Below are positions 18,964 through 27,818 of a DNA stretch of 64,000 nt, piece after piece. How positions within the stretch are numbered: position 1 is the stretch's first letter; each line of letters starts with the position of its first letter. The notes under the pieces are model-generated. The model did no database searches and was not told the origin of the DNA. It worked only from the letters and a program-made list of their open reading frames with translations. The DNA is from a virus, in IMG/VR virus record IMGVR_UViG_3300023083_000001, positions 14,199-78,198 of that record, one strand, 5' to 3'. The position numbers and the translations under genes are program-made.

Positions 18964-20052
18964 AAGGTTACAGAATTGAAAGCCTGAACGACCGTCTTCG
19001 GTGTAAGCCCGCAGACCGATCTCGACACACGGGTTGTAACCCTGCTCGCTGTCTTCTGCGAAGATGAAGCCAGGCTCGCCGAATTCACGAACGGACTTCA
19101 TGATGGTTGCCCACTCAGAACGACCCAGCTCACTGCGGATCAGCAGTGCAGAGTTGTTAGAACGACCACGTTGCGGGTTGGTGGTGTACCAATCGCCTGT
19201 CTTGGCGGTGAGCATTTCTTTGTCATCTTTGGAGAAGATGCAGATCGTTGCAGCGCGCCGTATACCGCCTGACAGAACAGCGTCAGCCATGTGCATGACG
19301 AAGTCGTACGCGTGGATCGGTTTGAGCTGCAATTCAAGGTCTGGGTGTGCGATGCCATCAAGTAGTTCGCGACACTTCTCCAGAGAGCGTTGCAGGCCGT
19401 CAGGACCCGGTGCTTTAAAGCCGCCGGAGATCAATGCGCCGCGTGGACGGACTTCGGAGTAATCGAAGTGCACCTGAGTGTTCTTGTACTCAGGGAACGT
19501 ACCGCCGTCAACGAAGTAGCTGGATAGCAGAACGCCGAATGCGTCAGACCAACCTTCAATGCTGTCCGGCACGACGAAGACTTTGGCTTTGTCTTTACCA
19601 GGTGCAGTGACTTTCGGCAACTTGGCGATGTGGTGCTTTTGTACGGAGAACCCAACACCGCAGCCTGCCAGCAACAGATACATGGCGTGTTGGAAGAACT
19701 CGGTACGGTCGCAGTAGCTGAACGAGCAGTTGTACATACGCGCTTCGTGCTGGAAGATCTGAGGACCACCAAACTGCAAAGCACGCTGGGAGCCAAGTAC
19801 GGCTTTATCTTTGTAAGCCAATTCAGCGAAGGCAATTGCCTCTTCCAACTCAGGTGACATTACCGCTGCATACTTCTCGCGGTGCATGTCCATCACACGC
19901 TCTACCGCCTCATCCCACGTCTCATACCGCCCAAGCTTCTCGGAGAACCGAGAATAACCCATGAAAAACTTGGAATCAGCCAACATGTCTTTGGCTAGGC
20001 TAGGTTGGAAGTTAGAATTCATTAACAGCTCCGTTGTGTTTTCGTATGACAA
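18964..20052 (-). CDS. ribonucleotide reductase large subunit, 5' exon
   Basis: LLAGCGVGFSV loop, YNPCVEI (N-x-C-x-E active site) and FCNL second cysteine; no ATP cone and no nrdB nearby, which points to class II. Confidence 0.75.
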
Positions 20053-20225
20053 ATTCTGGAGGATTTACGGTCCCTATATCGCTAGTGACCAGGGTTAAAA
20101 TCTACTCTTATTTTTCGTCTTGGACATATACTAAGGTCTGATTTTTCGATTGACTTAATGGTATTAAAACTTAACGTTCAAGCGCTATATATTGACCCCG
20201 CAAACCCTTACTTTGGAGCGTTATC

Positions 20226-20513
20226 ATGAGCAAACAACCGACCTACAGTTCAATCCCAGACCCAAGGGATTTTACACCCAATCAACCAGCAGTTATCCTC
20301 CAACCGGTTGACGTCAGTGCGATCTGCAATTTCGCAGAGATCTACCCTACCGGAGCCAGCGAAGAAGTTAAGTTCATCGCTAACACTAATCATGTCATCG
20401 ATCTGGCTAGAACGGCCGGGTGGGGTGAGATTACCTTGATAGGTAAACAGATCCTGCTGGTAGCTAAACTCTCCCTGGACGATCCCGGCGTGCCTGCAAA
20501 AGCTGACGAGTAA
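20226..20513 (+). CDS. hypothetical protein, 95 aa
   Basis: ORF track. Confidence 0.4.
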   Translation: MSKQPTYSSIPDPRDFTPNQPAVILQPVDVSAICNFAEIYPTGASEEVKFIANTNHVIDLARTAGWGEITLIGKQILLVAKLSLDDPGVPAKADE

Positions 20514-20553
20514 GCTCCAGATCGTATAACCTACCTTACTGCGGTTATACGTC

Positions 20554-20844
20554 ATGATCAAATTCTGGAAACGTCACTCGCTCAGCATCGTACTCTTCAC
20601 TATTACCCTAGGTATGTTTCTTTCCAGCTGGCATCTGGGGAAAGCAGCTTGGGATGGTAAGGGTAGTTATTTTGACTTCTTTGTAGCGCAATCAATCTGG
20701 GCCTTCGAAGGTGATATGTTTGGAGGTTTCATTTTGGTTTTGTTTACCAAGTGGTTTAAAGAGTACGGTTCTGCTGCGAGTAACGACACGAAAGAAGAAA
20801 AGGCTGCGCGAGCCTCCATTGATAATCTGGAGGATCGCCCTTAA
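20554..20844 (+). CDS. small membrane protein, two TM segments and a charged C-terminus (holin-like topology)
   Basis: hydrophobic segments IVLFTITLGMFL and FGGFILVLF. Confidence 0.45.
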   Translation: MIKFWKRHSLSIVLFTITLGMFLSSWHLGKAAWDGKGSYFDFFVAQSIWAFEGDMFGGFILVLFTKWFKEYGSAASNDTKEEKAARASIDNLEDRP

Positions 20845-20865
20845 TACGTATAAAAAGGAATTGCC

Positions 20866-21282
20866 ATGGCAACTCGTAAAGGAAGTGTACTCCTCACCGT
20901 AGATACGCAAGACAAAGCCGACGCCCTGGCTAAGTACTTCAAGGAGGAGTTTGTTGACATCGGTCCAATGTTAGCGCCTGGAAGTCGTACCCGTAAAGCT
21001 CAGCTAAACGAGGTAGCGTCAGGTATCTTGCACGGCCGTACCAAATTCGCCTATCTGGTCAAACCTAAAGATGAAAATGAAACCGGCAGAGACTGGTGGT
21101 TGACCAAACACATCCAGTCAATTTACCCGCTTTACCACCAGTACGATAAAGTCGTTGTGATGTCAGACAAGACGTTGGTGTTCGAAAACCGTCAGATCGG
21201 CACACGTTGCGCAACCCTGCTCAAGCTGGCTCAACAACTATGCGATGTAAACGCTCCAGACTTTTATCTGGAGATCTGCTGA
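20866..21282 (+). CDS. hypothetical protein, 138 aa
   Basis: AAAAGGAA SD; ORF track. Confidence 0.5.
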   Translation: MATRKGSVLLTVDTQDKADALAKYFKEEFVDIGPMLAPGSRTRKAQLNEVASGILHGRTKFAYLVKPKDENETGRDWWLTKHIQSIYPLYHQYDKVVVMSDKTLVFENRQIGTRCATLLKLAQQLCDVNAPDFYLEIC

Positions 21283-21307
21283 GTAAGGTCTACTAGGAGG
21301 CCGGTCG

Positions 21308-21544
21308 ATGTCCCTCTACAAATGTTTCGATACCGATCGCAACGGTAACTTCTATCTACTGACGGTCTCCATCAGCTATGACAAGAAAGGCACTCGTTCC
21401 GATACCGTACAGCGAGTGGTACATCTGGGACGACACGCTAACCAGGACTACACCACCATCATCCGGGAACATGCGCCCGGTCTGACCAACGTGATGCTCT
21501 TCGCTGAAGCGCGTGAGTTGCCTGAGTCCGTCTTGGTTCAGTAA
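21308..21544 (+). CDS. hypothetical protein, 78 aa
   Basis: ORF track. Confidence 0.4.
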   Translation: MSLYKCFDTDRNGNFYLLTVSISYDKKGTRSDTVQRVVHLGRHANQDYTTIIREHAPGLTNVMLFAEARELPESVLVQ

Positions 21545-21589
21545 CTTATTACACAGCCCACCAGTCTTATACGAGAAGAGGATTCCCGA

Positions 21590-21979
21590 ATGACTGATAA
21601 GAACATCGAAGTAGGCAGTGTTGTCTACCTCAAGAGTGGTTCTCCTGGTTTGACTGTATTGGCCATTTCCGGTGATAGAGGCGGGCAATACCAAGATAAA
21701 GATGGCGAACGGGTGCGTGGGTTGATGCCTAACCACGTACGAGTCACTTGGGAAGGTCCTCAGGGACTGGCTGAGTTCGAGAACTTCCCCACTGCTTGCG
21801 TATCCTTGACCAAACCCGTCTGCCCTGACAGTGAAGCAACACTGGCTCGTATCAGGGAACTGCGTGAAATGGTTGCCAACATTCCAAAACGTGAAGTGCC
21901 GATCAGTGGTCAGCGCCATTGGTACGTACAGCGCGGTGAAGTGCTCGATTGCTTCGATGAAGCCTTGGGTACTTTGTAA
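21590..21979 (+). CDS. hypothetical protein, 129 aa
   Basis: ORF track. Confidence 0.5.
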   Translation: MTDKNIEVGSVVYLKSGSPGLTVLAISGDRGGQYQDKDGERVRGLMPNHVRVTWEGPQGLAEFENFPTACVSLTKPVCPDSEATLARIRELREMVANIPKREVPISGQRHWYVQRGEVLDCFDEALGTL

Positions 21980-22095
21980 AGCGTTCGAAGCAGCACGGTG
22001 TGCCAGAGACGGTTGAATGGTGAATAGATGGAGTAACGTCCATTACAGAGCTACAGTGAAGACAGTGTCCGCCTGGGACTATACTGAATCTAACC

Positions 22096-22120
22096 GTGGG
22101 TTCGAATCCCATCGCCGTGT
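22096..22120 (+). other. tRNA T-arm-like element with no canonical acceptor partner
   Basis: GTGGG-TTCGAAT-CCCAT then CGCCGTG; no complementary 5' strand found within 110 nt upstream. Confidence 0.25.
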
Positions 22121-22503
22121 TGCTTCAAACCTCGTTCGCCAGCAGATAAGTCTGGCAAACATTGAGTGTGATGTGCCTAAACTACCCAGGCGCCGGACTG
22201 TACGTCACCTCTCTTATCGATCCCTACGACCATACCCAGTGAGTCTATTTACTGAATTGCGAGGGAAGTCCACAGCCGCCGCACCCCGATAGGATGTAAC
22301 CACTGGAATAGACTCTGGAGGTTACCGCCCGATACTGACCTGAAAGCGTAAGAAGGTCCGGTTGGTCACGAACGAGATACCCGTGGCACGTTACCTCCCT
22401 TCGGGGAGGTAGCACTTATTATATACCGAATGCGCTCGAAAGAGCCAGCCAGTAAGGGTGGGTCAGTTCCGCCTCGCTGACCGAGGGTAGGTGCGAAAGG
22501 AGT

Positions 22504-22530
22504 GGGGTTCAATTCCCCATGATTCAGTCT
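22504..22530 (+). other. second T-arm-like element within a hairpin-rich RNA region
   Basis: TGGGG-TTCAATT-CCCCA; the surrounding roughly 400 nt has stable hairpins but no tRNA fold. Confidence 0.25.
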
Positions 22531-22629
22531 TAGGGACAATAATCCTTAAGTAACTCTGGTGAGACAAATGGTCCGGGCGACACGCCCGTTAAACGCACCG
22601 GCGGAATCCGGTCGAAGTGTAAAGTTTCT

Positions 22630-22714
22630 GGAGAGGTTCCCGAGCGGTCAAAGGGGGCAGACTGTAAATCTGCTGTCGCGTACTTCGAAGGTTCGAATCC
22701 TTCTCTCTCCACCA
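22630..22714 (+). tRNA. tRNA-Tyr: tRNA-Tyr (anticodon GTA), CCA encoded
   Basis: near-identical to my recollection of E. coli tRNA-Tyr (GGAGAGGTTCCCGAGCGGTCAAAGGGGGCAGACTGTAAATCTGC...GAAGGTTCGAATCCTTC...CCACCA); full cloverleaf with long variable arm. Confidence 0.88.
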
Positions 22715-22817
22715 ATTACGATCCTTTGTAACTGCACGCGACTTGCCATTGAGCGAACGTCATTCGGGCAGAAGCATTAACTTGGCGCTGTTGGCGCTGG
22801 GAGGGTCACCTTTACTC

Positions 22818-22903
22818 GGATCGATAGGGAAGTGGCTTAACCCAACGGCCTGCAAAGCCGTCTTCGAAAGATACCGTCAGTTCAAATCTGACTCGATCCT
22901 CCA
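22818..22903 (+). tRNA. tRNA with anticodon GCA (Cys) by manual fold; atypical long variable arm and 3-bp D-stem
   Basis: acceptor GGATCGA/TCGATCC, anticodon stem ACGGC/GCCGT with loop CTGCAAA, T-arm GTCAG-TTCAAAT-CTGAC, encoded CCA. Confidence 0.5.
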
Positions 22904-22917
22904 ATTTAGGAATCGGC

Positions 22918-23070
22918 ATGGTTACTGTAATGAAGCTGGATCTCAGTAAAGTCAATTCGGTTCCGCCTGAGTTTCATCTGGAAAAGATCCGTCAATTCCA
23001 GGAAGCTCAAACCAAGCTTGAACAGGTCTGCAAAGAGAAAGGTATTCCTGTACCGATCATGGTCTGTTAA
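22918..23070 (+). CDS. possible small protein, 50 aa
   Basis: ATG after AGGA directly downstream of the tRNA; short ORF not in the track. Confidence 0.3.
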   Translation: MVTVMKLDLSKVNSVPPEFHLEKIRQFQEAQTKLEQVCKEKGIPVPIMVC

Positions 23071-23218
23071 TAGTTTCAATCCCTCGGTCCGCAGTTGGGC
23101 GGGGTCACTGTAAGGCGATACGATACGGGAAGAGGTCGAACAAGTTTTGATAGGTCGTTCGTCCGTCGCTGGAAGTTACCGGGAGTTCGACACTTCCACT
23201 TAGGGCCAAACAACATAG

Positions 23219-23247
23219 ACGCCCGGCCTAGTGCCGGGCTTTATGCT
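23219..23247 (+). terminator. hairpin terminator
   Basis: GCCCGGC-CTAGT-GCCGGGC followed by TTTATGCTG. Confidence 0.55.
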
Positions 23248-23306
23248 GCTAATGTTTTAAAGCAATACATTACAGTGGTGAGTCCATCTATCACACAGGT
23301 GTCTAA

Positions 23307-23654
23307 ATGAAAGCATTAGTAGTCGCAGTCCTGTTATTGATCTCAGGTTACGTTCACGCTGAAACCGAGAAGATCATGAAGTACACTAACAAAGATTGTG
23401 AACGCCTACGTTCCAATCTTCAAATCATCGCGGACAAGCAACAGAAGGGCGTTGACTTCAACGTCGCCATTGCAAGCCTGTACCGACCTTCAGTCTTAAG
23501 TGACTTTACCTACAGGGCGTCTCTGTGGATGCTGGTCTTTTCCTCTAACAAGTTTTACGAAGTCCCTAACATGGATCAGAGTATGTATATTGGTAAAATA
23601 TACACTACGTGTATGGGAAAAGTCGGAACCGGTTATTGGACCTATTACGAATAA
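23307..23654 (+). CDS. secreted protein with signal peptide
   Basis: signal peptide MKALVVAVLLLISGYVHA. Confidence 0.5.
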   Translation: MKALVVAVLLLISGYVHAETEKIMKYTNKDCERLRSNLQIIADKQQKGVDFNVAIASLYRPSVLSDFTYRASLWMLVFSSNKFYEVPNMDQSMYIGKIYTTCMGKVGTGYWTYYE

Positions 23655-23668
23655 AGGGGTTTGTAGCA

Positions 23669-24349
23669 ATGCTTAATCATTTCAAAGGGCTGACGTTCGA
23701 GAACAAATACTTCGCTATGCGCCCGTTGCTTGTCCATGCAATTCATGCGCTGTCTGACTTACCGCTGTTGTCGTTTACGTTGATAGACGATACGGGAGAT
23801 TCATCTAAGGTCTACTACGACCTGGATTTCATAGATTACAATCCAGAGCACCACGTTCCCAGTCACCTGGCGCACTCCCTTGCCAACAGGGTCTGTAGCG
23901 CTATGATGCAAGAGGGTGTTCGCTTCGATGGTGAAGAGGAACGTTGGCACGGTAGTCCTGGCGACTATTTGGCGTCGGTGATCAGGGGAACAATCAACCG
24001 TAAGTATCCTAACGGCAGCTCAGTCATCCGCGAGGACATCATGACTGTCAGACTGCCGCAAGGGGCCGTGCTCCTTGTACTCGACAAAGACCACGAACGG
24101 TTGGACAGTACCAAACCACACAACCGTGAAGACCTTCTTCACACACTCATGCTTGGGAAGGTCAACTTCTTCGGTATTGACAAGGTCTGGATGTTTCACC
24201 AACCACATGTGAAGTTCACGGAAATCAGCATTCCGTCACCGAACATCCTGTTGAACGAGATCATCGATATTGTCTTCCAAACATTCCCCTTCCTTAAAGG
24301 ACATGTGGTGTTTGGTCCTGAGATCAGTTACATCACTGACAAGCCTTAA
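23669..24349 (+). CDS. hypothetical protein
   Basis: ATG 23669 within track ORF 23609..24349. Confidence 0.5.
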   Translation: MLNHFKGLTFENKYFAMRPLLVHAIHALSDLPLLSFTLIDDTGDSSKVYYDLDFIDYNPEHHVPSHLAHSLANRVCSAMMQEGVRFDGEEERWHGSPGDYLASVIRGTINRKYPNGSSVIREDIMTVRLPQGAVLLVLDKDHERLDSTKPHNREDLLHTLMLGKVNFFGIDKVWMFHQPHVKFTEISIPSPNILLNEIIDIVFQTFPFLKGHVVFGPEISYITDKP

Positions 24350-24362
24350 GGAGCTGTAGTCG

Positions 24363-25130
24363 ATGGAAATCAATAACGATGTAAACGCAGTCATCATCGA
24401 TTTGAAGCTGTACAACGAACTGCTGCGAATGGCAGACTTCGCTATCAGTGAAGTACGGTCTAACGAAACAATCGTAAGGCGTATCAACAAACATGTCTGT
24501 CGTTTTAACCCGTACATTGCCGAGGCTCAGAAGGTAGGCCGGGAAGTGATCGCATTGTCGACAAAGACCATGCGCGATAAGTTGAAGAGCTTATACAGAA
24601 CCGGCGGTAAGCAGGTCTACTACCGCGAAGATAAAGACGTGTACTGGCCTGTCACGCTGGGTAAACAAATGAAGTACGATTGGACGATGGTGCGGATGAA
24701 GTCCGCTACTGAACATCGTAAGTTCTCGTCGTACGAAATCTGGCAGCATCTGAATAGCTTTGTGGTCGAGGGTGACGTTCGACTGTGTCCTAACCCAAAC
24801 GTTCCTGGTTCGTTCATGAGAGCCTTGACCGAAGCTGAACGTAACGCTGAGTGGGAAAGGAACCAACCACCTGTTGTCAAAAAATCAAAACCTTACAACT
24901 TGAAAGTTATCATCACCGGCGATTCACTTACGGTGCATAAAGAAAGATCTGACGGTGAGGTGGTCGTAGAGCCTGACGATCAAGAAGAACCGAAACTGTA
25001 TCTTGCGAAAATCAGATCGTTAATGAACGATTGTGTGGACGAACACCTCATTGCAGATCTTTATCGGATTGCCGATGATACCTTCGGCGGTGATCGCTAC
25101 TTCGGCCAATTGCTTGTGGAGCAAAAGTGA
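24363..25130 (+). CDS. hypothetical protein, 255 aa
   Basis: ORF track. Confidence 0.5.
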   Translation: MEINNDVNAVIIDLKLYNELLRMADFAISEVRSNETIVRRINKHVCRFNPYIAEAQKVGREVIALSTKTMRDKLKSLYRTGGKQVYYREDKDVYWPVTLGKQMKYDWTMVRMKSATEHRKFSSYEIWQHLNSFVVEGDVRLCPNPNVPGSFMRALTEAERNAEWERNQPPVVKKSKPYNLKVIITGDSLTVHKERSDGEVVVEPDDQEEPKLYLAKIRSLMNDCVDEHLIADLYRIADDTFGGDRYFGQLLVEQK

Positions 25131-25684
25131 TGTTTCCGTTAAAGGACATGGTTCCAAAGAAGTACAGTCCGGTGATCGTTTACTTCAACGCCAGTTCGGT
25201 GGAAGAACTTGAAGCACAGCGTACCGCAGTACATGAGTCGATGGTTGCTAACGGTTATCACTTGCAAGCGTTCTCAAGTCATAGTTCTGTTAGTGTGGAG
25301 GTTGCATATCTCTCTACACCGATGAAGCAGTTGGCTGATGCAGAGTTCTTGCATTCAGATCGCAATTCGGCAGGACATCTTTTCCATGACAAGAAAACAT
25401 TGGAACTTCCGCTCGACCACGGATTGAATGGTACCTGGCCGTTTTCTGAGGCTGATACCAATGACCTTGATCATAATTCGATGGTCGTATCCCGCTCCAA
25501 TGGTGAGGTGTTGGTATATTGGAAAGAGTGGCGACTCACTCACATGCAAGCTAGACTGATAACTATCAGTCTAGCTGAGAAGGAATTTCCAATGGTCCGT
25601 ATTGTCATCGATGCGGAAGGGAAGTTTCGAATTGACCTCGATCAGTCCTTCCCTAAAGGACTGAAACTAACTGTTACTTACTAG
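25127..25684 (+). CDS. hypothetical protein, 185 aa
   Basis: ATGA overlap with the upstream gene. Confidence 0.5.
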   Translation: MMFPLKDMVPKKYSPVIVYFNASSVEELEAQRTAVHESMVANGYHLQAFSSHSSVSVEVAYLSTPMKQLADAEFLHSDRNSAGHLFHDKKTLELPLDHGLNGTWPFSEADTNDLDHNSMVVSRSNGEVLVYWKEWRLTHMQARLITISLAEKEFPMVRIVIDAEGKFRIDLDQSFPKGLKLTVTY

Positions 25685-25774
25685 CTAAGTGCCATTATGT
25701 GCCGAGGATATGATAGGACCCGGAGCACACCCCCTAATTCCAGCTACATCCCACGAATGAAAGGATATCGAGTC

Positions 25775-26584
25775 ATGACTAAAGCTAAAGATAAAGAGAC
25801 CAAAGCAGCGGCCGCTAAAGACACTAAAGATGTCAAAGACACCTCTGTCGAAGATCTCAAAGAGCAAAACAAAGACGCCGTTGGTACTGCCGCTGCACCA
25901 AAGCCACCTGAGCCTGGTAGCGTTGGCATGAACGATGGTTCCAAATCCAACGTCAACGAAGAACCTGGCATCGATACCAACGTCCGTGAAGGCGCTGGCA
26001 TTGCTGACGGTAACGAGCGTATCGGTCTGAACGACGGTACTGTTGGTACTCGTGATGACCTGGCTCCAGGTTCGACTGTTATCGGCGAAGGCAATGCTGC
26101 CGCTGGTACTCCTGACGACCGCGAACCAGAACCTGTTGCACGTGAAGGCCTGTCGCCTGCGGAGCTGAACCCTACGCCATCGACTGACCCTGCGATCAAC
26201 AGTCTGTTCGGCGGTAACCAAGCACCATCGCCAACTCTCGACAACGTGCCGGCTGGCACTACGGTCGGTGACGAAGCACCTGGAATGACGCCAGAAGATG
26301 AGCGCCTGGTCGGTGTTCCTACCGATTTGATGGTACCTCTGAAAGCAACCATGGACCGTATCACTGTTGCTCGTGATCTGGGTCATGCCGAAGCTGCTGA
26401 CCGGGCCATCAAAGACCTGTACGAAGCGCTCGGACCTGTCGATGCCGGTCAGGCTTCGGCACTGCGTGATTGGGCGAACGAACAGCGTGACGGTCTGGCC
26501 AAAGACAACGAGAAGGCTGCAAAGAAAGCTGCTCGTGATCGTCTGAAGGCTCAAGAGGCTCAGGAAGAAGCCAACAAGAAGTAA
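25775..26584 (+). CDS. low-complexity acidic protein rich in A, D, E, G, P and T (likely disordered)
   Basis: AAGGA SD before ATG 25775; antisense ORFs overlap it. Confidence 0.4.
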   Translation: MTKAKDKETKAAAAKDTKDVKDTSVEDLKEQNKDAVGTAAAPKPPEPGSVGMNDGSKSNVNEEPGIDTNVREGAGIADGNERIGLNDGTVGTRDDLAPGSTVIGEGNAAAGTPDDREPEPVAREGLSPAELNPTPSTDPAINSLFGGNQAPSPTLDNVPAGTTVGDEAPGMTPEDERLVGVPTDLMVPLKATMDRITVARDLGHAEAADRAIKDLYEALGPVDAGQASALRDWANEQRDGLAKDNEKAAKKAARDRLKAQEAQEEANKK

Positions 26585-26592
26585 TAGTGTCA

Positions 26593-26628
26593 GTAGCCGC
26601 CCTACGGGGCGGCTGTCTTATGCTTGCT
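26593..26628 (+). terminator. hairpin terminator
   Basis: AGCCGCCC-TAC-GGGCGGCT followed by GTCTTATGC. Confidence 0.55.
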
Positions 26629-26693
26629 TAAAATAATACCTGGTGTAGGAATCAGATAGTCAAATAAAACAGCATATCGCAAGGACGTTATCA

Positions 26694-27062
26694 ATGAAGC
26701 ACTTCTTGATCGCACTGTTGTTAATGGTGGTGGCATTACCAGCACTGTCGGCAGATAACATCTCCACAGTCGATGATGCCAAGACTCGTAAGAACACCCC
26801 GGACGACTGCCTGCGTGTAGTCGAGAATGGTAAACAGGTAATCAAGCTGCGGGACGACGGCGTAGGACTCGCTACCGTTACTGCATCGATGTTGCGCAAG
26901 AACCTGCTGCAAGATGATCAGTACCGTACCACGTTGCCTCTGCTGCTGAACTTTGCATCACAGGCGTATGGGCGCGGGAAGTTACTGCCAGGTAAGGATT
27001 TGGTCACCGCGTTGAATATGACTTGTCATAGTGAGACTAACGGTGAATGGGTCTACTTCTAA
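26694..27062 (+). CDS. secreted protein with signal peptide
   Basis: signal peptide MKHFLIALLLMVVALPALSA. Confidence 0.5.
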   Translation: MKHFLIALLLMVVALPALSADNISTVDDAKTRKNTPDDCLRVVENGKQVIKLRDDGVGLATVTASMLRKNLLQDDQYRTTLPLLLNFASQAYGRGKLLPGKDLVTALNMTCHSETNGEWVYF

Positions 27063-27129
27063 CCACGATTCCTAATCATCGATATCGGTACGCCGATATC
27101 GATGTGTCTATGTCCATTGGAGGATACCC

Positions 27130-27792
27130 ATGAAAGAAGGTAAGCAACAACGTAAGTACCAGATTAAGGTCACAACCACCTCCGGTGTCGATAAGGTCTT
27201 TCACACGCACAACCATTTGCGTGAGAACAAGGTCTTCGAACACACCGAGTTGGTTGACATCCTCCACCAAGCGTCGACATTTGCGGCAGAAACGCACATG
27301 ACCGACCCTATCGTTAAACTTGTCGAAACCAGCATGGCGGCGACTGACTCCGAGATGCTGGTAGTGCCCACTAGCCTGCTGACCGGCGTTGCTCTCGATT
27401 ACGCTGTAGCGCAAGCACTCAATTGGGTAGAGCCGTTCCACAGTAGAGGCGACATCATGGTACTCGAAAGTGGGCAACATATCGAGTACCAGTGTCCAAA
27501 TCCAAACGACACCGATGAACCGTTGACGTGGGATCATACGGCCGTTTGGAACCCATCGACCAATATGGCTCTGGCCGCCAGGTTGATGAAGATCTACAAA
27601 ATCTCCGTAACCCCGTCGACTGTAGAAGTCCAAAGTCCCAACATCATAGCGGGCTACAAACCCACTGATTTCCATCCCGAAATCAAAATTGAAGCGGAGA
27701 CCTACGAGCGAGCGATCTGCCTGGTGGTGGTGATGTCTATCAACGGCCCAAGCACTGTAATCCCTGCGCAGTTGGAATCGTCATTGGTCTGA
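27130..27792 (+). CDS. hypothetical protein, 220 aa
   Basis: ORF track. Confidence 0.5.
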   Translation: MKEGKQQRKYQIKVTTTSGVDKVFHTHNHLRENKVFEHTELVDILHQASTFAAETHMTDPIVKLVETSMAATDSEMLVVPTSLLTGVALDYAVAQALNWVEPFHSRGDIMVLESGQHIEYQCPNPNDTDEPLTWDHTAVWNPSTNMALAARLMKIYKISVTPSTVEVQSPNIIAGYKPTDFHPEIKIEAETYERAICLVVVMSINGPSTVIPAQLESSLV

Positions 27793-27818
27793 TTCGACCA
27801 ACAAGAAGGTATCGGGTA

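Noticed and set aside
22017-22292. ORFs across the RNA locus (22017..22292, 21903..22112, 22530..22715, 22559..22780, 22743..22949)
   Set aside because: They overlap tRNA and T-loop sequences (GFEP translations of GGTTCGAATCC), lack start signals, and the region is better explained as RNA genes.
22250-22530. tmRNA or RNase P RNA hypothesis for the structured segment
   Set aside because: No tag-peptide reading frame ending in a stop after a resume codon. No GGAAAGUCCGG/ACAGAACCCGGCUUA-type RNase P conserved blocks and no terminal CCA. Kept only as an unclassified structured RNA.
25685-26554. 289-aa and 206-aa minus-strand ORFs over the acidic protein gene
   Set aside because: Low-complexity antisense frames of a GC-rich repetitive coding region. 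The plus-strand gene has an SD and fits the operon orientation.
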